A stretch of DNA of 64,000 nt, taken from Amphiscolops sp. MND2022. Taxonomy: Eukaryota. The stretch spans positions 71,302,001 through 71,366,000 of the forward strand of contig OZ076409.1 in NCBI GenBank assembly GCA_964187785.1, in the 5' to 3' direction. Shown piece after piece: positions 46,210 through 58,900 of the stretch. A model generated the notes under the pieces. The model was given only the letters and a program-made list of their open reading frames with translations, was not told where the DNA came from and searched no databases. The position numbers and the translations under genes are program-made. Each line of letters begins with the position of its first letter. The stretch's first letter is position 1.

Positions 46210-48771
46210 GTGGCCGGGAATTTTTTTTCTGCTCAAATCTTTGCCAACTGGGGGAGGGGCCCCTGGTGGCTGTTACCCAAATTACATACCTACCCAAATC
46301 GTCCGCTCCGGATACGATCTCAGAACTGAGCCACACAATTTTCCTGAAACTTTGCATGTGGGCCTAAAATGAGATTGTAAGAACAATGATATAGGCGTTA
46401 TTCCTGAATTTTTTCAAAAAGTTGGTCAAAAACGCAAAAAATGGGTCAAAATTGACCTCTTTTTCAACTTTTTTATTTTTGAGAGCCCATATCTCGGAAC
46501 GAGGTGGCCGTAGCGGGCCGCATAAGGACTCCGTTTTTGCTGGGCACTTGATGAGGAGTGCGTGGACAAATTTTCGTCCAAATCGAAGTAAAATTGACTG
46601 AGTAATGAGTGATTTTTTGGCGACCTTTTTTGCGAACCCTATTGTATCTCTGCCATTTTCCGCCAAAATTTTCAAAAGTGGTGCTACAGGAGGCAACCCC
46701 TGCCCAATTTTCTGCAAAACAAAACCATTTGGCCCTAAATACGAGGTTTCAGCGTTCTAGCATTCCCCGGTGAAAAGTTATAGGACTTAGAAATTTGTCA
46801 GTGAAACGCAAAATTTGTAAATTCAACTTCCGGTGCCCAAAAGTCACAAAACTTTCACACAACTAGTATTGCAAGTGAATGCATGTGGAAAGTACTGAAA
46901 TAGACGAGAAAAATGAGCTATAGAACGACTCTCTACCTTAACCTGACGTTGACTTATGATGTTTTGAATGTGAGCATCCTATCTGATTTTAATGTCAAAA
47001 ATGAGATTTTGTAAGTCATCAAAAACTCATCGGAGTACGTTCAATCATCCCCATAGCTGTTCAATTGCCGTGGCTTAGTACAGCAACGCCATTGAATGTC
47101 TTTGGACCCATTTTGAAAATAATGGATACCGTCTTATTCGTCCGATATCACGAAACAGTTGAGTACATTCCATCTCCCCCTTCCTTCTCGTTTTAATTTT
47201 AGTAGTGCAACGACTAAAAAATTGATGTCAGTATCTAGTACATATGGAATGTTTCCCATGAGCATATCAGCCAACAAGCCGAAATGTCCTTTTCGCGTCA
47301 TATGGCACACTGGAGTTTCACATAGTAAAAAAAATACTCCATCGGAGATTTTGAAAAAAAATAAATTGAAGCACGACTGTAATTGAAACGTAAGAATTTT
47401 TTTCCGTAAATTTAGCAGCACGATTTGAGTAGTTCACGCCGAATCGAGCCCGAAGTTAGGATTATATTAGGCTCCTCAAAGTCACACTGGAAATGATTTA
47501 AATTTGCTGACCGGAAATTATTTCAGTGATGAACGAAATTTCTGTTGCCGCACCTGCATTTTCAAAAGCATACATTTGAGGCCGAAAGTTTTGGCAAACC
47601 AAAAGATATTGTAACAAAAAACCAAAAGGAGTTTCGTTGTCTACTAATCCGTTGCATAGCCTCTGTTTCGCAATCAGACGATGATTCGGACTGGCATTAT
47701 GTGAATCAGCGTTCTTATATTCTTCTTATGAAAAATGAACAGCGTGATACGTTTTTTCCGGTCATTTTTGAAAAAATCGTTGCAAAACCTGTTTTACAAA
47801 GTCTTTTGGTCTCAAGTGTATGATCTTTCATCAATTTAAAAAAAACTCGATTTAATAAAACTTTATATAAAATGATACCAAATAACTCCTTTTTGAGAAA
47901 TGGAAGGCCCCTTATAAATGTTGAGATTTATACCTTATGAAAGACTTTAGATGGTGTTCAATTTTTGAGCACGAAGTGTAAAATATCGATAATCAAAAGG
48001 CCGGGAACGGACAATGTCGTCGCAATATCGAAAGCTCAAAATTGTAAAAGAAAGAATCTTTGTGTGTTTTGAAACTTCTGTCGGTTGCAAATTATAAAGA
48101 AATTGAAAAGAGGAACCTGAGAGACTTTGAATACTTCAAAACACGTTTCAAAATGAGATTTTCGATTAGTTTCACAAGGCTGAAAAACGTACCCGAGACG
48201 AATCTTCGGGAATTTTGACATCCATTGTGCCACATAATATCGAAACAAACGAAGAAGAAACCCTCAGGTGCAATCCAAAAAGTTTCCAAAAAAGTCGCAT
48301 AGTGCTGAAAAAAAACGGAGTGAAAAACAGCAAAATGGAATCCTTCGTAGGTCTTTGAGGTTTTGGACGTCAAAGTTTTTGTTTTGAACGATGTTCTGGC
48401 GCTTTGAGTATGTTCTGGATGTCCGGTGTTCAAGTCGATGTTGTTGAACAAATATACTGAAAGTAAACCTTACGCGTCTAAAAGATACCCACTGTAAGAA
48501 TCGGGCACTTTTCTTTAAGAGCGCGGACTAAAAACACAAACCATGAAATGCTCTGTTGGGCAAAATTTCTTATTCAGGAATTAGTTGAAACTTCACATGG
48601 AAATTCAGCACTATATCTATTACTTAATCAAAAATTAGGTAAAAAGTATTGAACACAAAATTACGAAAAACATATCACACAGTGTCAAAAAATGTTAAAG
48701 GGGAGACTTCAGAATTGTCCGGTTTTGTGTGTTACGTTCGAAAAAAAAACACTTGGCAAAAACTTGGTTGC

Positions 48772-49060
48772 GTTTCCCAGGTTATCGTTCAGAACAATTT
48801 GAACAAAAAATATACTGAGAACTTCGATTATATATACTTCATTTATTTCATCTCACATTCATCCACATTCAGTTCAAAGGTTATCGTTCAGAACAATTTG
48901 AACAAAAAACATACTGAGAACTTCGATTAAATATACTTCACTCATTTCATCCCACATTCATCCACATTCAGTTCCCAGGTTATCGTTCAGAACAAACTGA
49001 ACAAAAAATATACTAGGATCTTCGATTAAATATACTTCATTCATTTCATCCCAGCTTCAT
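48772..49060 (+). repeat. Three tandem ~99-bp repeats
   Basis: GTTATCGTTCAGAACAA at 48781, 48880, 48979. Confidence 0.9.
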
Positions 49061-49188
49061 CCTGGAGGTATCCTTGCTAAAAAATAATTAGAGATGTTTT
49101 AGTAAAACGTTATATCCAAACTTTGAAAATGTTGAAAATGTTACATCCGAACTTTGATGCTGTCAAATTATTATATAAATCTAAATCG

Positions 49189-49460
49189 TAAACTAAGAGG
49201 GTTAGAAGATTTTTAATGACATATTTGGAATCGTATAGAGGGGGCGCCAGGGGGCGCGCGGCTGACCAATATCCATTTGGCGCAACATGTGATGACGCTG
49301 GAGGCACGGCCGCTCAATTACACTACTGATGACAAGGTGTTGAGCCTCCAACGTCATCACATGTTCAGCCAAATGGATATTGGTCGGCCGCGCGCCCCCT
49401 GGCGCCCCCTCTATACGATCCCAAATATGTCATTAAAAATCTTCTAACCCTCTTAGTTTA
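49189..49460. repeat. Long inverted repeat (foldback) 2, ~117 bp arms
   Basis: TAAACTAAGAGGGTTAGAAG...GCTGGAGGC is the reverse complement of GCCTCCAACG...CCTCTTAGTTTA with few mismatches. Confidence 0.9.
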
Positions 49461-51215
49461 CTATTTACATTCATTCACCCGAACTTGATGATGGTTTAAA
49501 TATTGGTACTAAATAATAATATCGAAATGAATAAATAATTTAAAAATATATTTGAAAACGTATTTAAATGTAAAAGGTATTCAAAAGTTAGTATACAGAC
49601 GAACATATTCTAAATATGTACACCACCAAAAAACACTTTTTAAGTTTCAGCATGTCCAAGGACTTTTAAAATTGAATTTGAATAATTTATTTAGATTATG
49701 AGACTTTGCAAAAAAGAAAAGTTTGCAGTACTGAGTTTGTTCATCACTTGATTCAAAAGATGACAAAAATTTGGCGAAACAGCATTATGTTTTTTGTGTG
49801 AAATGATTAAACGCATTTTGACACTCAACTTACTTTCTTGTCCTGTTCTTTTTCAACAGAAGTAGTGAACAAAATTTTGCATTGATGTAAAGCTTGAAAT
49901 CTCCCACTTTTGATTTCCTGTTTGATCAGGAAACTTTGAAAACTTATTCTGAAAAATTTTACGTTTCACTGACGACTTACATCATTCAAATGATTAGATT
50001 TGAATTAACAACTGCTGACAAAAGGTTTTTTTTGACTATAAAAAGATAGACCCATATTTATCAGCACTGACGAAACAATTGCTTCACGATAAGAAATCAA
50101 TCACTGTAGTTGTCAGAAAATAACGTTAATTGTTTCAAAAATACGCATTTTAATCTTGATTCATTCAAAATTACTCAGTGGTCTCAGAATCTTTATAATG
50201 GCTTTAAATATGGGTCTACAGCATTGAAAACGAACCCTGTTTACTAGTACTTTCGAAACGCGGCTTTTAATAGGTTGTATAATTTGACTTCTAAATTTCT
50301 ACTTAATTTTTTTATAATTTCTAACCTATACAAATACCATTCTAACAAGTTTTCAGCAAAGCTTAAGATCGCTTTAAAATAATATAACGACGTGTTTTTT
50401 TTTCAATTCATCAAACTCAATTCACGCTGATTTCACGTACAGTTTTCGTTTCTGCTTCCCCTTTAGTTGAAGTATTTGAAACGTACTATAGTTTTTATTT
50501 GAATGAAATGTTTGAGAAAGCGAAAATGAGTAACATCAGTGTATTTTTTCTGTCAAATTCATTCTTTCGATCAAAGTAAACGTCCACGTTTATCTTGAAT
50601 GTTTGTTGGAAAGATTGTAATTGTCACAAAACAAAGAAAGGATTATCAGACTTCTTTATCAACTTTTGTGGTATCACAAATCAGGGATCCACGGCCGCAG
50701 ATTGACACAAACGGCGAATACCGCTCTCAGAGCTTGTTGCTAAGAAAATGCTGATAAAGGAATCGTTTTGGTGCTAGTTATACTGCCTGTGCTATTCATG
50801 TTTGCAATTTCTTGATGTTGTTCTAAGATATATGTTCGTTGCTGCGAATGGAAGTCTTTCTGAATGCAGTTCTGATCGGACTTCTGAAATGAAAGATACT
50901 TTCATTTGATTTTGCTCGAAGTGTACAAGCGAAAGCTTGTAACTTTCCACCAATGACACAAATTAATGGTCATTTTTTTGCGCGTAAGTATCGTTTATAT
51001 AATCCCAGTTTTGATATCCATTCATTTTCTTCTACTTACCTTTTTGAAAACAGCTATTTCTGACACGAAGTTTTATGGACTGAGGCAAAGAGTTTTTCGT
51101 GGACACCTCGCGTGGGCAAGTGATGTTACGGATGCGTTCCGAAGTTACAAAAATTTTGACTGGTTTTTTGCAATTTCCAAACTACTTTGCAGAATTTGAT
51201 TGAAAACTATGCTAT

Positions 51216-51373
51216 ATCATCATCATTTCCGCCGTTGTCCTAGTCGACTGGGGTTGGCGGGGCGCTCCTGAATTGACAAGCGCCAGTTGTCTCTATCCAG
51301 TGCGTCGTTCGATAGCAGCCATCGTTTTCTGAACATCAATTCCATTGTCTCGGGTCTTTCAGGCCGTTCTTCC
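51216..51373 (-). mobile_element. 5'-truncated RTE-type non-LTR retrotransposon 3' end
   Basis: Minus strand encodes ..DALDRDNWRLSIQERPANPSRLGQRRK* followed by a short (GAT)n tail, resembling RTE C-termini and tails. Confidence 0.6.
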
Positions 51374-51929
51374 ACTTACAAATTGTGGGCAATTCTATAG
51401 TTTTTTGGAATGTTGTATTGAGATTGATTGATTCAAAATGGATTCTTTTTTTAAATTTGATGTGTAAAAATATATGACTTTTTGACCGTCCTCAGATTGC
51501 ATTGAAGTTATGGTTAAGTTTTGTTTGTGGAATTCCAACTTCCATTTTTATTATTTCTGCAAACCAGGAATAACATTGAAATCTGAAAGTTTTCACCTTT
51601 TTTAGTGAAATATTTTGTTTGTATCCACTGAAAAATTCAGATATTTTGTTCGGGAGTGAGTGTGAACGTGAGACTCAAATTTCTCAAGCTGCCGACGACA
51701 ATTCGTTTCTCGTGCGATAAAACGAGCGAGTGGTAATTTTGCATTCGTACGCCGAATTCATTGACATGAAGCGAATGAGTATTAATTATTCGTTCGCCGA
51801 GAGCTTTGGCCGCAATTTCTTTTTTAGTGACATTAGCCTTTATAACTATAATGAGCATGAATCTATTGGGACACGATCCAAAAGTTTTTGTTCAGTTATC
51901 AATAATCAAAAATCAAAACCACTCTAAAA

Positions 51930-52200
51930 ATGCAAGCTACGTAATAATTGGAGACAGCCATTTAAAACGCATTAACCCTAATCAAATCCAAGGTGATGTG
52001 ACTGTTGTTGCCCGTGATTGGCCTTCGAGCAAATCGTATTATCGAAAACTTTCTCCAGCAATATCCAACTAAAGAGGTCTGCTTCCTCCTCGTCGGTAGG
52101 AATGACATAAGTTTTCATCCAACATATAACCTACATCCCAAAACTGCACAGCAAACTGCTCACCGAATAATCAGTTGTCAAATTTTAATTGAAATTTTTT
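51930..52200 (+). pseudogene. Frameshifted SGNH hydrolase remnant
   Basis: YVIIGDSHLKRI (block I) in one frame; VIGLRA and LLVGRND (blocks II and III) in the next frame after GCCC at ~52010; no block V seen. Confidence 0.6.
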
Positions 52201-52387
52201 TCCGAGCTCGAAAGATTTTAAATAGACCTGCACGTATGTTACAGCCGCCTTTAACAATTTTTTCGTTTGTTATATCATGTTTACGGACATTTTTTGATAA
52301 TTTGATAACATTTCGGCTGGTTAACTTTTCGGCTCTGCGTGTATGAAGCTGCAAAAGTGAAAGGTACGTTTAAACGGCCTTTCATTG

Positions 52388-52684
52388 GGTTGACCAAACG
52401 CCCCAGTAGGTCTGGCACGCGTTTCGCCACCGCGTTTCCTGAAGCCGCTGAGATAGGTAGGTTGTTTTCAATAAAAGGTAACTCAAAAATTTTTACTTAC
52501 GGATTGACCAGACGCCCCAGTTGGTCTGGCACGCTTTTCGGCACCGTGTTTCCTGAAGCCGCTGAGATAGGTAGGTTGTTTTTCATAAACGGTAGCTCAC
52601 AAAATTTTTTCTTTATGGGTTGACCAGACGCCCCAGTTGGTCTGTCACGCTTTTCGGCACCGCGCTTCCTGAAGCCGCTGAGAA
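52388..52684 (+). repeat. Minisatellite, ~115-bp unit, ~2.6 copies
   Basis: TTGACCA(A/G)ACGCCCCAG..GGTCTG..TTCCTGAAGCCGCTGAGA at ~52390, ~52504, ~52620. Confidence 0.9.
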
Positions 52685-52837
52685 AGGTGAGTTTAAATCC
52701 CTTCAACATTCTGCGTTTGAACTCCTAGCAAGACCATCTAGCCGTTTTCACGCCATTTCAGCGTTCCAGCATTCCCGCGGGTATAAGATAAATGACTTAG
52801 AATTTTAGGCATTGTTTTCTAGAATGGAGTTAACTTG

Positions 52838-53182
52838 CCTTAGGTTTCCTACGTTTACGATTCTAACGCTTAGGTTTTAGGCTTGCATTTGTTAGGCTTA
52901 GGCTTCTCTGGTTTAAGTTTTTAGGCTTAGGTTTTTTAGGTTAGGTTTATTAGGCTTTGCTTTTTTGGCTTAGATTTTATAGGATTTGGTTTATTACGCT
53001 TAGGTTTCTTAGTCTTAAATTTCTTAGGTTTAGGTGTTTCAGTTTAGGTTCTTAGGCTTAGTAGGCTTAGGTGTCTTAGACTTAGGTTTATTAGGCTTAG
53101 GTTTCTTAGTCTTAGGTTTTAGGATTAGGTTACTAAGGATTTGATTCATTAGGCTTTTGTTAGTTAGGTTTAGGTTTTCTAA
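52838..53182 (+). repeat. Degenerate telomere-like TTAGG/TTAGGC tract
   Basis: Many TTAGG, TTAGGC and TTAGGT units interspersed with T runs. Confidence 0.8.
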
Positions 53183-53779
53183 ATTATGTCTTTGTTTTAA
53201 GTTTCAACGGTTAACTAAAATTTTCCTATTTAAAAAACCTCAAAACTTTTCATTTCTGTATATACAAGGTCAGCAGCTCTTCGTCTTCGAGCCCAGTAGG
53301 AACTGCAGCCGGAAAAAAAGATATGAACATTTTTAAAACATTTTGCTTTTCTTCAAGTATTTTTGATATCCGATTTGATTACATTCGAATTCAACTTTTC
53401 CCAAGATTATTTCAACAATCAGTTTTCAACTTCTGGTTTGTTCAATAATTCCAAGATACAAGTTACAGTCTTCAAAACCAAGGTTCAAGATCTAAAAAAT
53501 CAACAAGCAATACGATAACCACTTGTGTTTATTAAAAACAAGATATCTGAACAGTTGGTACTGTTGGTTCAAGACTTCAAATTTTGCAAAAAACTCTTTA
53601 TTGGATTCAAGAAATCAAGATGTAACACAAGACGGACTTCTAAACTTCAAATACGAGTTCCTGTTGGCATATACGTCCTGCAAAAATTGCTCAATGTCAA
53701 ATTTCATATTTACTTCACTCAATAACGTTTGTTACATATGTTTCCGCCGGTTTATTTAGCTTCATGAATTCTTAGGTAT

Positions 53780-53935
53780 CGCTGTATTTGTAATGTCTGG
53801 TGTTTGGTGTGTGCTTGTGCGTGCGGTATCAGGTTGTCTGCATGATTTTGTGCGTGTGCTGTGAAGTTGTGTCCTTGTGCTTTTGAGTGTCTTTGTATGG
53901 TGCGGCTGTGTGCGTATATGTGTGTGGACGTTTGT
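53780..53935 (+). repeat. GT-rich low-complexity tract
   Basis: GTGTGC/GTGTG motifs. Confidence 0.55.
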
Positions 53936-55901
53936 TAGTTTCTAATATCAAATGAAAAAGGATTGTATGTTGTTCAGGTTACCTTTCATTGACGTGAATC
54001 AATCGAATCCAGATAAAACGAGCTAAGAAGCGCAAAATCAAGGCAAAGACGTGGTCACTTCTTCACCCAGCATTTCGAACAACAAGTGTATATTTCATTG
54101 GTTAATTTGAAAGGGTCCAGTACTTAGAACGTTTTGTTACAATATATTTTGTTTTGCTTTTGACATGCGCTCTCCTTTGGAAACAAGTTAATCCTTTTAG
54201 TATCCGAGGTATGAAAGTTATATGAGAAATGTCCGATTTGTAAAAATTATAAATCCATCGAACGCAGCGACCTCTGTGATCTCCTAATAGGCCACAATGA
54301 TGTCATGTTTCATGTTTGCAAAAATCCAAACCCAAAAACTGCTCTACATAAAGCTGGAAACCAGCAATTGTCAATTGTCTTATATCGATCAATGTCTATA
54401 GGTTTTCGAAGCTTGAAGTTTGAATCTGTAAGCCTTTTTGAAAAATGGAATTGATATATCTTTCTTTAGAAGTTGTGCTCTTCAATTATTCCACAATTTT
54501 TCTTGAAGAGCAGCTTTTTACCTTAAATTTGGCCTCCATGTAGATAAACAGGACAAAGTGCAACCTTGTATACAAAATAATTGAAGACATTTGTAAACTG
54601 CCTGAGATGATCTGATCTTTCAATTTGATTCTTTGCTCCTCAATGATGTAATTTTTTGATTAAATGAAATTAATTTTTTGATTAATTGAACTTGACACAT
54701 TCTCGTTTATTATACCTTCTATTATAAAGTAGAAAACACCGTTTGTTCGACAACAGTTTCATTTGAAGTAATCCAATGTCAATTTATTTAGCTGAAACGG
54801 TTCAATGAACATTAGTCATTGTCTGCACCTAAATGATGTTTTCATAATTTGTCTCGGGGAATCCCTAGCGTTAACGTTTCAATTGTTTCTCGCTCTCAAT
54901 TGTGATTCGTGATAACTTTAATTTTTCACACACTTTTTAACAAGTAAATGATTGAGGTAAAAATCACTTAAACCCTACAATAACAAAACAAGCAGTTAAT
55001 ATAAATTACATTGCTGTGAAACTGGTTTAACAAGAAAAATAACAGTTAATATTTTCAGACTTTCGCATGAACAGAGTCTCATTCCATTTTCAAATTTCAA
55101 GAAAATCCATCTCATTCATTCAAGAAGGAAGCGACACTTAATAACATGGGAAACAAAAACGTATGTACCATGCTGTTTTTATTTTCTTCCAATTTAGCAA
55201 CATTAAAGAATAAGGTTTTTTAAACTTCAGCGAAAACGGAACAGGTGTTGTGTGTGTCAAACCTTCATTGGTAACAGTTTCGCCTTTTGCAGTATGCATC
55301 AACCACGACATGATGATGCAGTTAGTGTTTAGAATAATATAAAATAAAACCAATTAAAACCAATAAATTGCTGTTATAATCATCAAACTTGGTTTTAAGG
55401 CCCAGACAGACATCCATGAAGCCCCTAGTTGCAAAAGACGTCAATTAGAAAGTAAGTGGATCTATTTAGTAGAAAAAATACATTCTCAAATAGATTTTAT
55501 AGACACCTGTGAGTCTCTACTGAGCTATGTAAAAAAGCCATTATCAAACTACATCAGGTCAAATTTTTCCCATTATAAATGAACAAATCGATTGTATTTG
55601 GCCGTTCGCTGCTTCCAGTTTCTTGTCTCAACCGTCTTTTTTGTGATACGCTATCTGTTTCAATGAGTTCTGCCATTGTCCCACGAACCACGTTTCTTTT
55701 GTTTAAGGCTCCAATATTGCAGGACCATCTTCATCAGTTGTTCTACACACACACCTTCCTCTGTCACCAGAGCAACTTACGATTGACGAACACTTACGCC
55801 AAACTGCTAGTGTTGGATCTTCCGAACATAATGACCATACTGTCCCGTCTTCATCGACCTTTGAAACTCCAACTAGTAACCCTCACGATGACCACTTCAA
55901 T

Positions 55902-58900
55902 TTGATGCACAAGCTGAAAAATCATTTAGTATCTATGACCGGTGAAACCATAAAAACAAACAACACGTCATCCATAGGTCTTTCCTGTGACAAATGTTTG
56001 CGGAAGTCAACAGTGTCCCACGAGATTAGCGTTTGTACTTACAACACCTCTGAACTTCAGATTAAGAACAGAAAGTTTGGTCGAAAACTTCCCTCAACTG
56101 ATTACATCAACCTTTGTGCCCCTTGTCTTGAGTACACGACATCTGATTCCACAACGTTCAGAACTGCATGGCCGAGTATTTTGTGCTCCTATTGGGTTAA
56201 TGAAGACAAAGATGAAGCCATTATAGAAAAACTAATTTCCTTTCTTCCTTGTACAATTATTGAAATGTTCTGTCATTCAATGGACAAATACAGTCAAGTT
56301 TTCAAAAAAGCCATACAGCACACTAACTTGTTGGTAAAAGACAGAACATCCGACAGAACTCTTCTCCTACAGGCCAAAATTGAACTCAAGGGTGCTGATT
56401 TGAAGCGTAATTTTGACAGATTTCCTCTTCCCGATGTTGTTTGTCCCTGGGGCTGCTGGGATTTTGTGGAAAGATGTCAAACACTGTCGTTCGAATTTTT
56501 CCTTGCCAAAATTGATAAAGATTTTCGCTTTTCGACCAACCAGGAATCGCTGTTAATGGGTGTTACATCCAATTTTCCAGAGGGTTATACTTTGCTGCAA
56601 CAATTTGAGATTACACCCGCTGTAATTATAGAAGAAGATGGCCACTTTGCATTTCTTACTTGTTCTAAGCATTCGGGCGAAACTTTGCAATATCTTCATC
56701 CCCCTCGAAACCCAATACTTAGCAGTGTCTCTCCCAACAAACCAGAGCGACTGGCTCTAACTCAACAGCAACTGAATATAGTTAAAACTGGCAAACCGAA
56801 GTTTAACTCTCACTCTAGTCACCTAATCGAAGAAAGAGGAAGTTTTACCGGCATCAGCAGTAGCACTCTTCAATTCCCCACGTTTCTAGAAAGTTCAACT
56901 CCATTGAACGACCTTTCCGAGTTTGTTATTTCAAAAGGACGTTCCGATGTCTACCCCCTGGTCGATTACTTTTTAGAAAACAATATTGTTGATCAAAATT
57001 TTGCTGACTTCTTGTTCAACAGTACCCTCAATCTCAGCCAAAATGAAATTGCAGCTGCAATTTCTGATTCAACGAATGTGTCTCTTTACGACGCTTTCAA
57101 GTTGCAGATGCATTTGAATGAGAACCAGAATACTGAAGAACTGGAGATTTCTTTCCCCGTCTACGCACACAATCTCGGAAAAAACTCTGAATATGGATGT
57201 GTGCCACCACGTGTTTTCTCATCTGGAGCCATCGCAATTGTCTTTGAAGGATTAGGTCGTTTTACGGCTTCATTTCTTCCGAGTTTGCTCAAGTCTGATA
57301 TTGACTCTCTTCGCCAGCTTTCTCAAAAATTCTGCAATCTTTTGTTTTTGACGGGGTCATCTAGACGTCGGATTCGCGCCGCCAAAGCTAAGGTTTCGAT
57401 AATTGCTGAAAACATCACTGAGCAACTTTCTGACAACTCTTCATCATTGAATAGCTTCTTCGAGTATCTGGTTGCTGGAAATTTAACTGCCTTCAAAGTG
57501 CTATCTCGTTCGTTCACAAGTCTTCCCCCGACTGCTACAAACTCTGTCGATGGGCCGCTTTTTGTTTTTGCTCCCTCCCGGTCAGAGCGTGATTGTATTA
57601 TACCACCAGATACTTTGACACATAATTCGAAGATTTATCAACTTGTCTTCTTGAGCAAAAAGTTTTGGAATGCTGAATTTTACTGCCGCCATCAAAGAAT
57701 TAATTCTGCATGGTTCGAGTCTTTTTCGTGTTTGAATTCGTTTACAGAGACCAGTTTTAGTAACTTCTACGATTTCGCAGCAAAAGGAACTTGGGATGTT
57801 GCTGTCTACGAGAAGCAGGATTCGTCTGATAGCCAAACGATGCTTAGAACCTTTTTGAAAAGTATCGGGGGTCAGAACAACCTATCATGCGGAAGACACA
57901 ATTGTCTATTGATTCAAAGGAATCCATCGGATACATTGACTTGCTTCAACACTTCATGCAGGAAAAAAGCCAAATGGGTATGCCCAAAAGTCGATTGCAA
58001 TACTGGGGTGTGCAAACAACATTCTGAAGACCTGATAAACGGTTCTTCAATGTGTGCGGTTACAAGTAATAAAGAACGAACTGTTCCACTTTTCCCAGAG
58101 GAATTTCAAAACCAAAATGATAATAGTTTGGACAACGTAGCAAATAATGAACCTGAGTTACAACCTGAGTTAGACCTAATTTTTGAACCAGACAACTACT
58201 TGACCATGTCTGTTGACACATCAGATCAGACCCTTCCATTATCGTCCAATTCTGGTGTTCCTTTTGTCTCGTACTTCACTGAAGAAACCCACACGAAACG
58301 AGTACCTACAAAAGTACTACTCAACAATTACTTGAATGTTCTTCAACGCTCCAAAGTACCTATTTGGACAACCAACGCCCACAAAAACTTTCTGCAGAGC
58401 ATTGTAAGCAGAATTCCCAATACTTCTGCCCCACTTTTATACCCAGAAGCTCTCTTGTTCCCCAGTATTTTTTGGAAGCAACAAGAAGATGGCTCCTATG
58501 CAGGTGCTCTTCCATCCTGCCTACTCCAGTCAGACAAACTGAATACCAAACTTGGATTTGCAACTGTTTCGAAACATCTCTGGAACAGACTAACGAATGG
58601 GAGCTTGCTTACATCGAGCAGCATCGGCTATGCAAGTTTTGCTTTTGACATCAAAATGAACCAAGAGCTCAATAGAAGTCATAGCAACTACATTGTGTTC
58701 AAAAGAGGTTTTGAAGATTACTTGGGTGCAGATGAGGCCTTGAAGCTCCCCAATTGTGCCATCAAATGGGATGGACTCGACAGCTCGAAGAGGGTCCAAG
58801 AAGTTGCAGCTGCCTGTGCTGAAGAAAGCCCTCACTATTTTTTTACACTAACGTGTTCAATGGCGGGACAATTTGGTGTTCGACCACTCTTTGAGGCCAT

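Noticed and set aside
49320..49345. CTGATGA in the loop of foldback 2 as a hammerhead ribozyme core
   Set aside because: No suitably placed GAAA or three-way junction, and the motif is not kept in foldback 1
52339..52808. ORFs with repeated GLTRRPSWSGT peptides
   Set aside because: Produced by the ~115-bp minisatellite; frame not maintained between all units
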